A program made the position numbers and the translations under genes. Below are positions 52,241 through 60,285 of a DNA stretch of 64,000 nucleotides, in pieces. Where the stretch lies: assembly GCA_019658995.1 (NCBI GenBank), contig JAIFWN010000001.1, positions 20,852 through 84,851 on the forward strand, in the 5' to 3' direction. Positions within the stretch are counted from its first letter, which is position 1; each line of letters begins with the position of its first letter. The notes below the pieces were generated by a model. The model did no database searches, had not been told where the DNA came from, and saw only the letters and a program-made list of their open reading frames with translations. Origin of the DNA: Candidatus Parcubacteria bacterium. Lineage in GTDB: Bacteria > Patescibacteriota > Minisyncoccia > Phycocordibacterales > Zambryskibacteraceae.

Positions 52241-54916
52241 ATGCTTCCATTCCAACATTTCACAACCAAAGCCAAAGAAGCCATACGCCGAGCGCATGAG
52301 CTTGCCATAGAGCGCGGACAGAACCATGTAAACCCCATGCATCTCCTCGCAGCTTTAATACTGCAGGAAGAGAGCATGGTCATTTCCATACTGGACAAGA
52401 TGGATGTTGATACCATTCTTCTGACCGACTCGGTCCTTGAGTCCATAGAAAATCCGGAAGTGTCCCAGACTCTCTCTCCTTCATATCAGATATATCTCAC
52501 TCCCGAACTTGCGCACATTATCGAGTCATCTTCGAAGATAGCCCAGGGACTCGGGGACGAATTCGTCTCGACCGAACATCTTTTCCTCTCTGTTCTTGAA
52601 GTGCAGGGAGAGGCGCGCGATCTCTTAACCAAGTTTAAAATCGACCGTCAGACTGTCACCAAGCTCATCGAGGAGCTCAAGCACGCCGGCCCAGCCGAAC
52701 CCAAGCAGGAGAAAAAATTCAAATCCCTTTCCAAATACACCCGCTCGCTCACCAAACTTGCCAAACAAAACAAACTCGATCCGGTCATAGGGCGCGACCA
52801 GGAAATTTCCCGTATCATCCAGATACTCTCCCGCCGCACCAAAAACAATCCCATACTCATCGGTGAAGCCGGGGTGGGTAAAACCGCCATTGCCGAAGGT
52901 CTGGCTATCAGGATGTCTTCGGGAAACGTTCCCGAATCTCTGCGCGATAAGGAGCTGGTATCGCTCGACCTCGGACTTCTGATTGCCGGTACCAAATACC
53001 GCGGCGAATTCGAAGAACGTCTGAAAAATATAATCAAGGAGATAGAGAAGTCAGACGGAAAGATCATCCTCTTTATTGACGAGATACATACGATAGTGGG
53101 TGCCGGAGCCGCCGAAGGCTCAATGGATGCGTCGAATATGCTGAAGCCCCCGCTTGCCCGCGGTGAGCTGCGTGCCATAGGCGCTACCACGCTCCGCGAA
53201 TATCAGAAGCATATCGAGAAGGATCCCGCACTGACCCGTCGTTTCCAGCCCGTATACGTAAACGAGCCTTCGGTCGAGGATGCCATGACGATTCTCCGCG
53301 GTCTCAAGGAGCGCTACGAGCTCTACCACGGCGTACACATAACGGATGATTCCATTAAGGCGGCGGTCAATCTCTCTTCGCGCTACATTACAGACCGATT
53401 CCTGCCCGATAAAGCTGTCGACCTCATAGATGAAGCCGCATCTTTTCTGAAGATTTCGCTCGAGAATATGCCGCCGATTCTCCAGGAGACTCACTCCAAA
53501 GTAGTGAAGCTGGAGATAGAGCGGGAAGCCCTGAAGAAGGAAGCCAAGAACCCCAAAGTTTCTACCCGTCTCAAAGCTATTGAGAAGGAAATCGCCGATC
53601 TCAAAGAGAAAACAGCCGAGATTGAGCTTAAGTGGAAAAATGAGAAGGAAGTAGTGGGCGAGATCAAGGAGATTAAGAAAGCTCTGGAAACGACCAGACT
53701 CGAGGCCGAGGCTGCAGAAGCCAGGGCCGATCTCTCGCGCGCAGCCGAACTGCGCTATGGGCGCATTCCCGCTCTGGAACGCGATCTCGATACCAAATCC
53801 AAACGCCTAAAGAAGCTTCAGAGTTCCAGAAGGATTTTGAAAGAGGAGATCACTGAGCAAGATATTGCTGATGTGGTCAGCCGATGGACCAACATCCCTG
53901 TCTCGAGAATGCTTGAGGAAGAGGCTGAAAAGCTCAGCCGGATGGAAGAGTATCTGAAGAAAAGAATCGTGGGCCAGGATGAAGCGGTCAAGAAAATCGC
54001 CGATACGGTCAAGAGAAGTCGTGCCGGTATCTCAGACCCGCAGAGGCCCATAGGCTCTTTTATGTTCCTTGGTCCTACCGGGGTGGGCAAGACCGAGCTT
54101 ACCAAAGCTCTGGCCGAATTTATGTTCGACGATGAGAAGGCACTGATACGCGTGGACATGAGCGAGTTCATGGAGAAGCACTCGGTTTCAAAACTGATCG
54201 GAGCTCCTCCCGGCTACGTCGGCTTCGAAGAGGGAGGAAGCTTTACGGAAATGGTTCGTCATCGGCCGTATTCCGTCATACTCTTTGATGAGATAGAGAA
54301 GGCGCATCCCGAAGTATTTAACATTTTGCTTCAAGTTCTCGACAACGGCCGGTTGACCGACGCCAAGGGCAGGGTAGTGAACTTCAAGAATGCCATAATT
54401 ATTTTGACATCTAACGTCGGTGCCCAGTATATAGACAAGATGCAGGCAATAGGATTCTCCAGGGGCAGTGACAAGGACAACTACGATGGACTGAAAGACA
54501 AGGTTCTCGATGCCTTGAAAGACCAGTTCAGGCCGGAGTTTCTGAATCGCCTGGACGAGATAGTGGTCTTCAACATCCTTACCAAGGATGTGGTTAAGGA
54601 AATAGTGAGCATTCAGGTCGAGGCTATCAAAAAACGCCTTGCCGAGAAAGAGATAGAGCTCGTGGTCAACGACGCTGTCTTCGAGGAGCTTGCCAAGGAG
54701 GGCTACAATCCCCAGTACGGCGCAAGGCCTCTGAAGCGTCTGATACAGACAAAAATCCTCAACCCGGTAGCTACCATGATGATAGGCAATAAGATACTAA
54801 GCGGCGGCACGGTTATCGTCGATAAAAAGAATGACGAGTACACCTTCGAGGTCAAAAGAGGCCGAAGGAGCGGCAATATAAGTACGGTCGCTGAAAGGCA
54901 AAAGACCACCCGCTAG
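52241..54916 (+). CDS. clpB: Chaperone ClpB (two AAA+ modules plus a middle coiled-coil domain).
   Basis: The Clp N-domain is followed by Walker A GEAGVGKTAIAEGLA, a long middle domain, a second Walker A LGPTGVGKTELTKALA, and the sensor-2 region. Confidence 0.95.
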   Translation: MLPFQHFTTKAKEAIRRAHELAIERGQNHVNPMHLLAALILQEESMVISILDKMDVDTILLTDSVLESIENPEVSQTLSPSYQIYLTPELAHIIESSSKIAQGLGDEFVSTEHLFLSVLEVQGEARDLLTKFKIDRQTVTKLIEELKHAGPAEPKQEKKFKSLSKYTRSLTKLAKQNKLDPVIGRDQEISRIIQILSRRTKNNPILIGEAGVGKTAIAEGLAIRMSSGNVPESLRDKELVSLDLGLLIAGTKYRGEFEERLKNIIKEIEKSDGKIILFIDEIHTIVGAGAAEGSMDASNMLKPPLARGELRAIGATTLREYQKHIEKDPALTRRFQPVYVNEPSVEDAMTILRGLKERYELYHGVHITDDSIKAAVNLSSRYITDRFLPDKAVDLIDEAASFLKISLENMPPILQETHSKVVKLEIEREALKKEAKNPKVSTRLKAIEKEIADLKEKTAEIELKWKNEKEVVGEIKEIKKALETTRLEAEAAEARADLSRAAELRYGRIPALERDLDTKSKRLKKLQSSRRILKEEITEQDIADVVSRWTNIPVSRMLEEEAEKLSRMEEYLKKRIVGQDEAVKKIADTVKRSRAGISDPQRPIGSFMFLGPTGVGKTELTKALAEFMFDDEKALIRVDMSEFMEKHSVSKLIGAPPGYVGFEEGGSFTEMVRHRPYSVILFDEIEKAHPEVFNILLQVLDNGRLTDAKGRVVNFKNAIIILTSNVGAQYIDKMQAIGFSRGSDKDNYDGLKDKVLDALKDQFRPEFLNRLDEIVVFNILTKDVVKEIVSIQVEAIKKRLAEKEIELVVNDAVFEELAKEGYNPQYGARPLKRLIQTKILNPVATMMIGNKILSGGTVIVDKKNDEYTFEVKRGRRSGNISTVAERQKTTR

Positions 54917-54951
54917 CAAGCAGGCCGAAAAACTGCTAAATTCATAGGTAC

Positions 54952-55034
54952 GCGTCGGTGGTAGAGTGGTCAATTACAACAGACTGTAAATCTGTCGGCT
55001 TCGGCCTACGCAGGTTCGAATCCTGCCCGGCGCA
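54952..55034 (+). tRNA. tRNA-Tyr (anticodon GUA), with a long variable arm.
   Basis: Acceptor GCGUCGG/CCGGCGC-A, anticodon stem ACAGA/UCUGU with loop CUGUAAA, variable arm CGGCUUCGGCCUAC, T arm GCAGG-UUCGAAU-CCUGC. Confidence 0.85.
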
Positions 55035-55041
55035 CACAAAA

Positions 55042-55344
55042 ATGGAACACATCCCAAGCAACTACGAATTCAGCGATTTCGTTAAGGAATGTAAGAATAG
55101 ATACAACAAGATTTATACAGCTGTGAGCATAGATCAGAGTATTGATATCGAGGAAGATTTGGCCAAGTTCATACAGAGACTGAAGGAGAAGTACGGAGCG
55201 GAGGAGGTACAAAAATACGGTCTCTACCATGCTCTATACAGCAGCCCTTTGTCCAAAATGGAAATCATCGCTGATGACCTACCAGGAGAAGACTCCATAG
55301 CCGGATTCATCGGGGAGCTTGAAAATAAATATAAGAAAGGTTAG
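55042..55344 (+). CDS. Hypothetical protein (about 100 aa).
   Basis: The start is taken at MEHIPSNYEF. The longer ORF from 54958 overlaps tRNA-Tyr and is rejected. Confidence 0.35.
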   Translation: MEHIPSNYEFSDFVKECKNRYNKIYTAVSIDQSIDIEEDLAKFIQRLKEKYGAEEVQKYGLYHALYSSPLSKMEIIADDLPGEDSIAGFIGELENKYKKG

Positions 55345-55355
55345 TCTATAGCCCT

Positions 55356-55529
55356 ATGTCACAGGTTCATCTGATAAAGCTGGTCTCAGTAGGGGACGAA
55401 AAGGGTGTGGGCAAAGGCCACACTTATTACTCGCGCAAAAATAAGAAATCGGTCGAGCGCAAACTGGAGTTGAAGAAGTATAACCCGATAGCTAAAAAGC
55501 ATACCGTCTACAAGGAGAAGAAGGCCTAG
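55356..55529 (+). CDS. rpmG: 50S ribosomal protein L33 (57 aa); absent from the ORF track because it is under 60 aa.
   Basis: It translates to MSQVHLIKLVSVGDEKGVGKGHTYYSRKNKKSVERKLELKKYNPIAKKHTVYKEKKA. This matches the L33 consensus (..YyttKNKr..peKLelkKYdP..rkHvl.kE.K). Confidence 0.85.
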   Translation: MSQVHLIKLVSVGDEKGVGKGHTYYSRKNKKSVERKLELKKYNPIAKKHTVYKEKKA

Positions 55530-55576
55530 TTCGTGCTAATATAGCCCTCTAAGGGGCTTGCCCCGAGCTTGTCGAG

Positions 55577-55647
55577 GGGCGATTAGTTTAGTGGTAGAAC
55601 AGCGGTCTCCAAAACCGCTGGCGGGGGTTCGATTCCCTCATCGCCCG
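55577..55647 (+). tRNA. tRNA-Trp (anticodon CCA).
   Basis: Acceptor GGGCGAU/AUCGCCC-G, anticodon stem GCGGU/ACCGC with loop CUCCAAA, T arm GGGGG-UUCGAUU-CCCUC. Confidence 0.85.
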
Positions 55648-55648
55648 C

Positions 55649-56260
55649 ATGTCATATTTGTTTCTTAATATCCCGCATCTGCTCGCCACGCACGGCTACT
55701 GGGGCGTCTTCATTATCGTTTTTCTGGAGAGCGGCATCTTCTTCCCGCTGCCGGGAGATAGCCTGCTTTTCACCGCCGGACTTTTAGCCTCGGGAGCCGG
55801 GCTTAACCTGTATTTGCTAATCCCGATCATATTTGTCGCCACTTTCCTCGGCGGCATAGCCGGGTATTTCATCGGTGTTTACCTCGAGCGACTGCACAAG
55901 TACGCTTTCTTCAGGAAAATCTTGAAAGAAGAACATCTTGATAAAGCTCACGAATTCTTCGACAAACACGGACGAATGGCGATTGTTCTGTCCAGGTTTG
56001 TGCCCCTCGTGCGCACCTTCGTACCTATAGTCGCGGGTATTGCTCGTATGAATTTCGGCAGATTCATACGCTACAGCCTGCTGTCATCACTGCTATGGTC
56101 CATTATTGTAACCCTTCTAGGATATTTTCTCGGCCGAGAATTCCCCGAACTCCACAATTATCTCTCGTACCTTGTTATACTCATCGTTTTGGCTTCGGTC
56201 GTGCCGATAGCAATCGAGTGGTGGCGCGAAAGGCGCCGGAAGCGGAGTCGAACCACCTGA
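55649..56260 (+). CDS. DedA/SNARE-associated family membrane protein.
   Basis: FLESGIFFPLPGDSLLFTAGLLA is the DedA signature, and the protein is polytopic. Confidence 0.8.
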   Translation: MSYLFLNIPHLLATHGYWGVFIIVFLESGIFFPLPGDSLLFTAGLLASGAGLNLYLLIPIIFVATFLGGIAGYFIGVYLERLHKYAFFRKILKEEHLDKAHEFFDKHGRMAIVLSRFVPLVRTFVPIVAGIARMNFGRFIRYSLLSSLLWSIIVTLLGYFLGREFPELHNYLSYLVILIVLASVVPIAIEWWRERRRKRSRTT

Positions 56261-57044
56261 TCTTCTTGTTCTTCCTAAACCAGGTCATCTGGCGCTTGGA
56301 ATACTGCCGAATAGCAATCTCAAGCCTCTCAATAAATTCTTTCTTAGTAAACTTGCCCTGTAGATATTCCGAAGTGAAACGGTATTCGAGCCCCAGTTCA
56401 TAAGCACGCTTCCTGTTTAGTTTTTTAGTCTCGCGCAATATGCCGGGAATTCTTTTTAGCAATCTCTCATGGATGCGCTTATCCAAATCTTTAGGTTTGA
56501 GGCCGATCCATATAAAATCATAATCGCTCCGGATTTTGACTCTGGGGATTTTTCCCAGAGTCCTGATAATTTCTATCGCTCGGATCAGTCGGACTCTATT
56601 ATTCGGATCTTTAATCTTGTGTTTGCCAAGCATTCTTTGCAACTCTTTCAGAGATCTTTTCTCCAGTTTCTTGCGGAGAATCGAATTCGGCTGCACCTCC
56701 GGCAGATCCATAGTCAGAGCGTCTATATAAAAACCGGTACCGCCGATGATTATAGGCAATTTATTTCTACCAAGAATGAACCTGATTGCATTAAGCGCCA
56801 TCGGCTTCCACTCTGCGGCAGTGAAGCGCTCTTTGGGGTCAGCCACATCCATGAGGTAGTGGGGAATACCCCTCATCTCGCCTTTGGTGATCTTACCTGT
56901 GCCAATATCCAAGCCTTTGTAGACCTGGCGCGAGTCAGCCGATATGATCTCGCCATTGAGCTTCTTGGCTAGTCGCACAGCCAAAGCACTCTTGCCCGAG
57001 GCAGTAGGCCCCACTATTACCAAGACTTTCTGCTTCCTAATCAC
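56181..57044 (-). CDS. miaA: tRNA dimethylallyltransferase MiaA.
   Basis: VLVIVGPTASGKSALAVRLAKKLNGEIISADSRQVYKGLDIGTGKIT is present. The start is taken at GTG 57044, because the longer ORF runs into tRNA-Leu. The 3' end overlaps the convergent DedA gene by 80 nt. Confidence 0.85.
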   Translation of the reverse strand: MIRKQKVLVIVGPTASGKSALAVRLAKKLNGEIISADSRQVYKGLDIGTGKITKGEMRGIPHYLMDVADPKERFTAAEWKPMALNAIRFILGRNKLPIIIGGTGFYIDALTMDLPEVQPNSILRKKLEKRSLKELQRMLGKHKIKDPNNRVRLIRAIEIIRTLGKIPRVKIRSDYDFIWIGLKPKDLDKRIHERLLKRIPGILRETKKLNRKRAYELGLEYRFTSEYLQGKFTKKEFIERLEIAIRQYSKRQMTWFRKNKKIRWFDSASGAFRATTRLLSARPKPKR

Positions 57045-57046
57045 TG

Positions 57047-57127
57047 TGCCGGGAGAGAGACTCGAACTCTCACCCCTTACGAGACACGATTTTGAGTCGT
57101 GCGCGTCTACCATTCCGCCATCCCGGC
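57047..57127 (-). tRNA. tRNA-Leu (anticodon CAA), with a long variable arm.
   Basis: Acceptor GCCGGGA/UCCCGGC-A, anticodon stem CACGA/UCGUG with loop CUCAAAA, T arm GAGAG-UUCGAGU-CUCUC. Confidence 0.85.
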
Positions 57128-57169
57128 CTATACCTACAATCTACGATAAATTGGTGTTAAAATCTATCC

Positions 57170-58129
57170 ATGTCAGAGATCTACAATGACGCTATCTTTT
57201 GGATTGAGGTCAACAAAATCCACCCCAACCCGTACCAGCCGCGCCGCGAGTTCGATCAGATGGCCCTCAAGAGTCTTGCCGACTCCATAAGGCAATACGG
57301 TGTACTCCAAGCCCTCGTGGTAACTCGCAAAGAAGTCGAGAAGCCCGATGGTGGTCTCGCTACCGAGTACGAGCTGATAGCCGGAGAGCGTCGTTTGCGT
57401 GCGGCTAAGCTCGCCGGCCTCACCCAGGTGCCCGCGCAGGTGCGGAATGGCGAGGAGACGGATCTCATGAAGCTCGAGCTCGCCATTATTGAGAATATCC
57501 AGCGCGAGGATCTGAATGCCGTTGACCGGGCCCGCGCTTTCGACCGACTGGTCAAGGAATTCGGCTTCAAGCATGCTGATATCGGTAAAAAGGTGGGGAA
57601 GAGCCGCGAGTACGTATCAAACACTCTGCGCATTCTCATGCTTCCGGAGCCGATTCTGCAAGCTCTGGCGGAAGGGAAGATCAACGAAGGCCATACCCGC
57701 CCGCTTATGATGCTTACAGACAGGCCACAGGAGCAGGAAACCCTGTTCAAAGAAATTGTTTTCAAAAAGATGAATGTTCGCGAGGCAGAGAGCATCGCCC
57801 GCAAAATCGCTTTTGAGAGAGCCAGGAAGCTTATGGATCCTGATCTCGTCGATCTTGAAGATAAGTTCAAGGAAACTCTGGGTACCCGCGTCAGAATAGA
57901 GAAAAAGGATGAGGGCGGCAAGATCACCATAGACTTCTTCTCCAAAGACGACCTGGTAGCACTTTTGCAAAAGCTTTCGCTGCAAGAGACGGCACCTCGG
58001 AATATAGTAAGCACTGAGAAGCCGGCTGAGCCGACCGAGGAAGAGAAAATTATAATGGCCGAGGGAGCCAAAGAAGCCATGGAAGCTCCTGAAGAAGATC
58101 TCTACTCCGTCAAAAACTTTTCAATATAA
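57170..58129 (+). CDS. parB: ParB/Spo0J-family partition protein; orphan, with no adjacent parA.
   Basis: NPYQPRREFDQMALKSLADSIRQYGVLQALVV and LIAGERRLRAAKLAG (the ParB box) are present, plus a C-terminal dimerisation region. GC-richer than the core genes. Confidence 0.85.
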   Translation: MSEIYNDAIFWIEVNKIHPNPYQPRREFDQMALKSLADSIRQYGVLQALVVTRKEVEKPDGGLATEYELIAGERRLRAAKLAGLTQVPAQVRNGEETDLMKLELAIIENIQREDLNAVDRARAFDRLVKEFGFKHADIGKKVGKSREYVSNTLRILMLPEPILQALAEGKINEGHTRPLMMLTDRPQEQETLFKEIVFKKMNVREAESIARKIAFERARKLMDPDLVDLEDKFKETLGTRVRIEKKDEGGKITIDFFSKDDLVALLQKLSLQETAPRNIVSTEKPAEPTEEEKIIMAEGAKEAMEAPEEDLYSVKNFSI

Positions 58130-58156
58130 AGAAAAGAGCACCCCTGTTGGGAATGC

Positions 58157-58744
58157 TCAGAATTTCCGATGGGAGATCAGATACATGCGTGCCAGATCTC
58201 TTTCTTGCGGATGATACTGGTAAGCCGTAGTGAGGATGAGGCGCGAATTCGCGTTCTTCACCAAAGTCCATGAGACCCTGGGACCGTAACCGATCGAATT
58301 TTTCGCCGGGCGGAAGGTATTCTCCGTCTCCGCGCCGAGAGCGAGCGGTCCGCTGACTACCGCCTCCACGACTGACATATGATAGAGAGCTCGCTGAGAG
58401 AGGAACGGTGACACTTCGGTGAAGAAGGATGTCCTGCCGAGGCTGAACGAGTTGCGTACATCGAGGAGCCAGTTGTTCTTCCTGCCCCACTGACGCCAGA
58501 TCATCGTCTCGAGCGAGCTTCCACCGCGGCGGTAGCCAAGACCACCGAAGATGTTCATGTTGCCGGGCGGACCAGCGCGTCGCACATTACCGATGAGCCA
58601 TGAGGCTGCGAACCAATGCTGATCGAGCTTCATCGTCGGATGGATGATCAGTCTCGACATCTGATCCGGATCGCTCTGCTGCGATGAGAGCGGGGAAGCC
58701 AGCGCTACGAGCGCGGCCATGAGCAAGGCTGTTTGCCGAAGCAT
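58157..58744 (-). CDS. Secreted hypothetical protein (195 aa) with a beta-strand-like C-terminus ending in Phe, which is an OMP-like signature; GC-rich.
   Basis: The signal peptide is MLRQTALLMAALVALASPLSSQQ. The C-terminus ...RLILTTAYQYHPQERDLARMYLISHRKF shows alternating hydrophobicity and a terminal F. Confidence 0.4.
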   Translation of the reverse strand: MLRQTALLMAALVALASPLSSQQSDPDQMSRLIIHPTMKLDQHWFAASWLIGNVRRAGPPGNMNIFGGLGYRRGGSSLETMIWRQWGRKNNWLLDVRNSFSLGRTSFFTEVSPFLSQRALYHMSVVEAVVSGPLALGAETENTFRPAKNSIGYGPRVSWTLVKNANSRLILTTAYQYHPQERDLARMYLISHRKF

Positions 58745-58796
58745 GTTGTCTCCAAAGAAGGGGTGCCTCAGGCCACCCTAGCACGAAGCTTAGATG

Positions 58797-58825
58797 TTGA
58801 CAAATCCCAGATTTATGTGTATGAT
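58797..58825 (+). promoter_or_regulatory. Near-consensus promoter TTGACA, 17-nt spacer, TATGAT, with the RBS AGGGAGG 8 nt before the 58883 ATG.
   Basis: The -35 element is at 58797-58802 and the -10 at 58820-58825. The SD sequence is at 58868-58874. Confidence 0.6.
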
Positions 58826-58882
58826 GCAAGAGCTAGGTGAAAAACAGTAGCCTAGAGATCTTTAACTAGGGAGGAACAGCCC

Positions 58883-59464
58883 ATGTCGGGAACAGCCTTG
58901 CCTGGTTGGTACGTCAATTTCCAAACCGCGGTTCTTCAACAGCTCCCGCGGCCGGGCGTACTCAGCCAACACGATGCAGAGAAGTGGATTAGCACACAAG
59001 CAAAGTTGAAACGCGAATTAACGGAGACCCTTCTGTCCGATGTACTGCTCCAGCAAGTACCGGTAGATACAACTCTATCGTGGAAAGACATGCTAGAGTC
59101 GGCTGGGCGCCATTTGTATCTAGAGGGTAGTCCCGAGATGATCGAGGCAATGCCACGCGGTCGGGCGAAAAAGATCGAGGCGTACTTCTTCAGGCTCGGC
59201 TATGAGATGGATATCCATGAGGTGAAGTATAAGTACAAAGTGCACGGTCTCAGGCCTCTGGACCCATATTCGCTGGCGGCGATCAATGCCCACGACCAGG
59301 ACTTTGCCGACGAGTGCAACAATGCGACCTACTGGGAAGTAGAAGCGCAAGATGGTTGGCGTAGTCTAGCTTTCCACGGGGGTCCCAAAGACCGCATGGC
59401 CACTCTCGTCTCTCGCCAGAGAAGGTGGGAGGGAAGCTGGTGGTTCGCTGGAATTCCACTATAG
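58883..59464 (+). CDS. Hypothetical protein (193 aa), paralog A of a tandem pair.
   Basis: It shares MPRG...(F/Y)RL..EM...DPY.LAA...TYW...G(W/N)W with the 59662 gene. I recognise no family. Confidence 0.45.
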   Translation: MSGTALPGWYVNFQTAVLQQLPRPGVLSQHDAEKWISTQAKLKRELTETLLSDVLLQQVPVDTTLSWKDMLESAGRHLYLEGSPEMIEAMPRGRAKKIEAYFFRLGYEMDIHEVKYKYKVHGLRPLDPYSLAAINAHDQDFADECNNATYWEVEAQDGWRSLAFHGGPKDRMATLVSRQRRWEGSWWFAGIPL

Positions 59465-59480
59465 TAGTAACAAATTAAAT

Positions 59481-59519
59481 AGGCTCCTCGAGATTTCGGG
59501 AAGCCTGTTTTTTTATTTC
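59481..59519 (+). terminator. Rho-independent terminator after paralog A.
   Basis: The hairpin aggctcctcg-agattt-cgggaagcct is followed by guuuuuuuauuuc. Confidence 0.6.
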
Positions 59520-59540
59520 TTCCATCAAAAATTTTTCTAT

Positions 59541-59569
59541 TTGACAGTAATTATAATAAGTTGTAGGGT
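59541..59569 (+). promoter_or_regulatory. Promoter-like TTGACA, 17-nt spacer, TAGGGT upstream of paralog B. The same -10 hexamer occurs at 19659.
   Basis: The -35 element is at 59541-59546 and the -10 at 59564-59569. Confidence 0.4.
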
Positions 59570-59661
59570 CAAGATGTAGTTCTTTGAGTGCTGTTGCGAA
59601 GCCGGATGGCTAGCTTAATCCCAACAGGGACAGCACGTGACAGATCCCAGAGGAGAGTCAC

Positions 59662-60234
59662 ATGCCAGTAGCAAACGATTTTGGTGTAGTCACCATGGGT
59701 AGGTTAGCGAGGAGGCTCGCTGAAGCCGGTTGGGAACCCGAAGACCTGGAGTCACTCACGCCCGAGATGGCTCGTCGATTTCTGGATGTCCATCATGAGC
59801 TCGCAGAAGTGCGACCCATGGATCGGATTGTCTGTCGCGTCCGTGTGGACCGCAGCCGGACTCCCCGTCAGGCCCTCTCGTATTACAAAGGAAATGCCAT
59901 AATCACATCGGCTGTGGACTCGATGCCTAGGGGCGAGGGCGAAGAAGTGGATGTAATCTTCTACCGCCTCTCAAGCGAAATGTCCGACGAGTACATTGAG
60001 GAAGCGTACGGGCATGAACACAAGACCGATCCGTACGCCGTTCTCGCAGTTCACCAGCTCAAACCCGACTTCTTCCACGCTCATCCTGGCGGTACGTACT
60101 GGAAAGATGTCGCAGGTAATTGGTGTCATCTCATGATCACTGGGCGTAGGTCATCACAGTATCTTTATGCAGAACAAGGAAATGCTGGTATCGGATGGGC
60201 CTCGGATGTGTGGTTGGGGTTCGTTCGCAAATGA
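59662..60234 (+). CDS. Hypothetical protein (190 aa), paralog B of a tandem pair.
   Basis: MPRGEGEEVDVIFYRLSSEMSDEYIEEAYGHEHKTDPYAVLAVHQLKPDFFHAHPGGTYWKDVAGNW aligns with paralog A. Confidence 0.45.
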   Translation: MPVANDFGVVTMGRLARRLAEAGWEPEDLESLTPEMARRFLDVHHELAEVRPMDRIVCRVRVDRSRTPRQALSYYKGNAIITSAVDSMPRGEGEEVDVIFYRLSSEMSDEYIEEAYGHEHKTDPYAVLAVHQLKPDFFHAHPGGTYWKDVAGNWCHLMITGRRSSQYLYAEQGNAGIGWASDVWLGFVRK

Positions 60235-60246
60235 TGATTGGCCCCT

Positions 60247-60285
60247 GAGCCTCGCGCATGCGCGAGGCTCATTTCTTTTTATTTC
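60247..60285 (+). terminator. Palindromic hairpin terminator after paralog B. Its T-tract overlaps the topA 3' end.
   Basis: The hairpin gagcctcgcg-catg-cgcgaggctc is followed by auuucuuuuuauuuc. Confidence 0.6.

Noticed and set aside
54958-55041. N-terminal extension of the 55042-55344 ORF
   Set aside because: The extension overlaps tRNA-Tyr on the same strand, so the start was moved to the Met at 55042.
57045-57113. Longer miaA ORF starting at 57113
   Set aside because: It would run through tRNA-Leu(CAA). The GTG at 57044, two codons before the P-loop region, is the plausible start.
57256-58080. 274-aa minus-strand Ser/Arg-rich ORF
   Set aside because: It is antisense to parB (clear ParB box) and low-complexity.
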